Shown here one piece after another: positions 59,396-64,000 of a stretch of DNA of 64,000 nucleotides (its first letter is position 1; the number at the start of each line of letters is the position of its first letter). The notes under the pieces were generated by a model. It was not told the origin of the DNA. It saw only the letters and a program-made list of their open reading frames with translations, and searched no databases. This DNA is from Eutreptiella sp. 'Long Island Sound 2002' (taxonomy: Eukaryota > Protista > Euglenida). Position numbers and translations under genes: made by a program. The stretch covers positions 26,846,001 to 26,910,000 of the forward strand of contig OZ038378.1 in the NCBI GenBank assembly GCA_964036045.1, given 5' to 3'.

Positions 59396-62300
59396 CCGCG
59401 GCACAGAAGAGGGACGTTGCCCTGCGCCTCAATAGGTCCAAGAGGCAGGGTACTTGACCTGTGCTTGAAGGGGGTGATATATCCCCCACCCTGCGCTACG
59501 TTTGTTGGTGGCCCACCGCCCGCAGTCAGGGCCCCAAATGGCATGGGACAGTACCACAATGAAGTCCTGCCCCGCCCACGCGAAGAACCATGAATGAGCC
59601 TCCCACGCCCTCGAATTTTAAGGGATGGCAACACCGAAGGTTGCCCCCCACCCCCTGCGCCTACCCTCCGTGTTCGGGAAGATCCCTTCCGACGCAGTGG
59701 GCGGGACATAGTGGGCGCAGCACTGAACGATGCCCCTGTACTGTTCCCGCCCCCCCTCCCCACACCCCTCCAGTGCCCCATTTTTTTAGCACCATCAAGA
59801 GAGAGGTGTTTGGAGGTAGACCGAACCCTAACCCCAGTCACACCTCCAGGGTCCGCTTCATGTCCACGAAGGCATATCGGCACACCACCTGCCCCTATTT
59901 TCATGTCATGCCCAACACATCTCATGCGACTTCTTAGTTCCGCGCAGCATCCGTTTGTCGCCAGGACAGTGGGCCTTCGCGTCTGTATTGTTCCTGCACA
60001 AGTGTACGTGTGTGACAATGTTTGGTCGCTCTGCGTCGTCTGTACGCGTGTGTGTGTGTGCAGTAAAGGTGGAACTCTCGGGCGATCCCCAGGCACCATC
60101 GAACTGTTATGGATTCCGCAGGGTCCCTGGCGACACCCGAGTGCCGAGGCTATGACTCGTGCCCCATCCGGGACTCGAGATCGGTACTTCCTGGTCAGAT
60201 TCCATGTGCTATGACAGCTCAGCCGCGTGAATGCGGAGGCTACGGCCTGGACCATGGACGGGCACGGGGTACAGTGGATACTCGCCACGTCGCGGTTCTA
60301 GGTTTTAGCCGTGAAGTTGCAAATCCTGCGGCACACGCTCAGGGCCATATGCACATAGTGCTGCTCCTTTTTGTATTCGCTGAGGCGACACTCACGGGAG
60401 CAGAACCGTGAGTAACCGACACCAAACTGGCGGTGGTGGGGGGCACCCGCCAAACATTTTTTCAAGACATGAAGTTTGCAAGCAGTTCACAGCAACGGTG
60501 GCACCAGCACACACATCACGCACGTCGAGCTATGGCAAAGCTGGGCTGAGGCCGCCCTCCAATTTGCCCATGTGTCCGTTTGCGTCTGTCTGTTTGCCAT
60601 CTTTGCTCGTAGAAGTCGCTTCTCAGGCCGACGGGGCACTAGCAGAATCTTGGGCTCTACCGGTGCGCCTCCCTCGTCGGTCCTGGGTCCTTTTCAGAGT
60701 GTGACTGCAGCACAGTGACGTAACCCTTGTGCCTTGCGGGTGGTCCCAAACCCACTCGGCAGACGGCTTTTGCAGACAGCCCTCCCTGATACCCATTTCT
60801 AAGGTGTCGGACCCGCCATACCCCTGCACTCTGTGTCCTGCTGACCCATACTGCCTTCCACTTTGAACAGATGTTCCACACCGAGGCACACACACCCACA
60901 CACATCATTGGTTCGGCGCGAACAGTGCACCTGAACGCCAGGATATCATGCTTCATTGCCCCATGACCCGCGGGGGCAGTGACACGAGGCTGTGCTGAAG
61001 GCTCGGACTGCTCGGGGGTGCACCTCCTGCCACAGCCCTCATCAAATGGTCGTATGCTGGAGGACTGCAATGGCTTTGCGAGGCACACGGCGTTGGGACC
61101 AAAATATGAGACTGATGTTACAAAGTCCTAATGACGGCTGCCTATAACTGTAGTTTGTGAAGTTGGCCAAAGATTTCCCAGGCGAAGTGCGGCAAGGGCT
61201 ACAAGAGCGGAACTACAATTATATTGCAAAACAAATACCCATAGTTATGCATATGCCCTCATGTTGTGCATTTATGCTTTTGTGGCAGGTGACCGAATGT
61301 GTACGACTTGTCCACCTTTTTATTTTCTTTTGTTTGAACCTGGCGATGCATTTTCACGTGTTTCAGTCTATTGGTCGTGTGATTTTTGTCGCAAAGCACC
61401 AAAGTGCAGGCGACTGAAAGTGTGTGATTTGCTCATTTTTTGGTATGGCGATGCATTTTTGCGTTTTGAATCGCGGCTCTAAGCTGATGAGCCTTCGCAA
61501 GGCTGACGTTGGCTCCCGTCTCTGGTTTTTTGGTTTTACATTATTTGTGGCTTTCAGGATCCATGGCTCTTTTCTGCTCCGTTTGGCCGCTTGGCGTGGA
61601 ACACGGATGAGTGCATGATGCACTGGTTGGATGCTGTAGAATGGGGGTTTTGCTTGATCCGTGCGCGCACCCTGCATACTTTTGGGTATTGTTTATTACC
61701 CAGATCCAGAACGCCTGATTTTTTTCCACAACATTGGGTTCTTCATGGTTGTTGTGGATGCAGGACAGCTATTCAGCTGTTGGTTGACCATTGCTTGCCC
61801 CCCCTTTTGAAAATTTCCTTTTCCAAAATTTCCTTTCTTTCTATTAAACGGTTCTGTTGGCTGAGTGCTATGGTAAGAGGGGAGGGGTTCTTCGCCCAGA
61901 AGGCGGGGTGCGAGACAACGCCGTGGCACTCATAGGGTCTGAGAGAGCGTGGTGGAGACTGCACTGCAAATAAGCCCCTCTCTGTGCGCCTCGTCCCCTC
62001 CCGCTTGGGCACAACCCTCCACTGTGCGAGGGAAGGCTTTTGTGCATCAGGCCAGGGCATATTTCCCTGTTTCTGTACAACCAGATAAACTTAAAATGCT
62101 TGCAACCCGACCTTTGGAACGCCAGGTCTTCATGGAGAATTTCAGTTCAATTCTGGTATACTAGCAAGAGCTGCAAGGTGCAGAAATTAGGACCCTGGGA
62201 CCTGTGACAAGCATCAGAACAAAAAATAAAAATTCCTGGCATGCCAGCAAGGGCTGCAGGGTGCAGAAATTGGGACCCTGGGTGTGGTTCTGTGGGGACT

Positions 62301-64000
62301 GTTCAACGGGGTAAAAGCTGGGTGAATATTCCAAAAACATTGAACCGTGCGCACCGTGCACGCACCGTGCGACAACTCCCCCATGGTGCGATTAAAGCCT
62401 CTGCTCACGGCACAGGGTTTCCTCCTACCTGTGTGTGTGTGCACGCCCGTCAGGGCTGTCCTTTAACAATGAGACAACCCCACCCCGTTTTACAATAAGG
62501 ACGGTTTCGTGGTATTGGTCAGGTTGGTGGCGGTCGACACGCAACCAACGGAGTACGTTTGGCGCTTATCCGACGGCAGTTGATGGCCAACTGGCGCCGG
62601 TTGGCCAATGACCAACAGCATTGCAAAGCCGCAAGATTTCTGGAGGGTACTCATGCGGCCATTGTGTGGGTGATCTCAGGCTTCTGTGTGTACCCCCAAA
62701 CCAATCGAGTCCCCCGACGGTGGGTGAAAAGGTGCAGCGTTACTAAGTGTCCCGGTCGAAGGTTGTTCCTGGCATCCAGCACTACGGCATCATGACCCCA
62801 GCAGCATGAGTACAGCAGGATATTCCACCTGACCCATGTCACACAGCTCTCAGGACCCTCCACGCACTGATGTCACGCAGCTGCAAATCTATTCGCTCAA
62901 CCCTTTATTTTGTTTTCCGGCCTGATAAGGCACTGCTCCCAGGTCGCTCTGTTTGGCGCTTTGCACGTATGTATGTACATGTATGTGCAGCATTCCCTTG
63001 TCTGGCCGCCAATGTATCCGGGGGGGGGGGGGGGCGGGGGGGGATTTCGTTGCGGCGTATCTTCAAGCCGTTGAATGCGAAGCCCTTGGCCCTTGCCCTC
63101 AATGTCAAAGCTCGTATCCTGCAAATTGCGCTGTCCCGGCATCAGCTGCACGGCTGACTCTTCGCAGCAGGGAGGCACATTGATCAGGAGTGCAGTACCG
63201 GTTTTCCACCTCTTATCAGGGCACATAGCCCTGGCCTTCACAAGCATACATGAGGACCACATTGGATGGGGCACTTGGCTGGCCCATGGGTGGATGCCAG
63301 TTGTTGACTCTCCTAAATGCTCGTCGGAGTGCGGTCGTGTTCGCTGGCCCTGCTGAAAGCGGAGCCTTGTTCACGTCATTCAGAACGTTGCTTACGCACC
63401 CGGGGGCAGACACGGAGATCAGAAGCTCCGTGGTCATTTGGTGGCACCGGGGAACCGAAGGGCCCGTGTTTGACCTGAAGGATGACTCTGCTCCCATGCC
63501 GGTGTTCGCCAGTCTGCACAATTCTGTGCCAGTGAAGGAACTGTCAAGACCATCCTACAGCCCTCAATAGCCCCTCAAGCTCAATCATGAAAAGCACATG
63601 CAATCTTCGTTCACCGACGTCGCACATTGTTGGTTCCTCACTACTGTGTTTGGTAGCAGCAGGGGTTTGATTGCGCAGGACAGAATGGATGTGATGCACG
63701 AGATGTAGCACAGCCGTTCGCCCTGATGCCGTGTTTGGGGGGTCTGTTGGAGCCGGTGCGTCATCGCTACCCGATGCAATGATGAAGTATGAAGGTCTTT
63801 CCCTTAACCCACAGCCCAGCGTCTAAATATACAAGTGTCTCCCCATCCCCCTGCGCAAGCACCCCTTTGTCCTAACACGGCGACCCTGTGTTTGCGCATT
63901 TTTTTTGGTCTTTCGGAACCAAGGTTTGGCGGTTCCATTTATCAGAAGATATGGTTTGTAGCTTTCTGCGCGGTGTAGGAGTGGTCAGGTTGGGTGTCAA

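Noticed and set aside
62600-63800. Possible exons near the window end (63250..63570 plus; 63216..63521 and neighbours minus)
   Set aside because: Both strands look mildly coding, but I found no consistent splice chain or domain and could not decide the strand.
1-64000. tRNA, rRNA, spliced-leader RNA or prokaryotic operon/defence system
   Set aside because: I recognised no cloverleaf, rRNA-conserved segment, SL exon or operon-like gene packing by eye. tRNAscan-SE or Infernal would be needed to exclude small RNAs.

Overview
Eukaryotic, intron-rich, repeat-dense genomic DNA. I found no bacterial operons, rRNA, tRNA or CRISPR array. GC3-rich exons with GT-AG introns, plus a gag-YR-RT/RH retroelement of VIPER/TATE-like order, suggest an intron-rich euglenozoan such as a euglenid (inference only). 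The main gene is a ~45 kb, 9-exon plus-strand gene (~14721-59395, ~1417 aa as modelled). It encodes an EF-hand, a twin class III (soluble adenylyl cyclase-like) catalytic core, a STAND/AAA NTPase and an unrecognised C-terminal region, with several notable active-site substitutions. Its three largest introns (14.2, 6.7 and 14.2 kb) hold decayed mobile elements: RNase H-bearing LINE-like fragments tied to a 10-bp satellite, a PIF1-type helicase remnant with 52-bp minisatellites, and an Upf1/Sen1-type helicase remnant in a large decayed coding block. The window start carries a disrupted tyrosine-recombinase retrotransposon (1-~4550, minus strand). A divergent multi-exon gene of unknown function lies at ~6.4-8.8 kb (minus). 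Many reading-frame breaks fall on homopolymer runs, so some apparent disruptions may be assembly errors. All calls come from manual translation and motif recognition; no searches were run.
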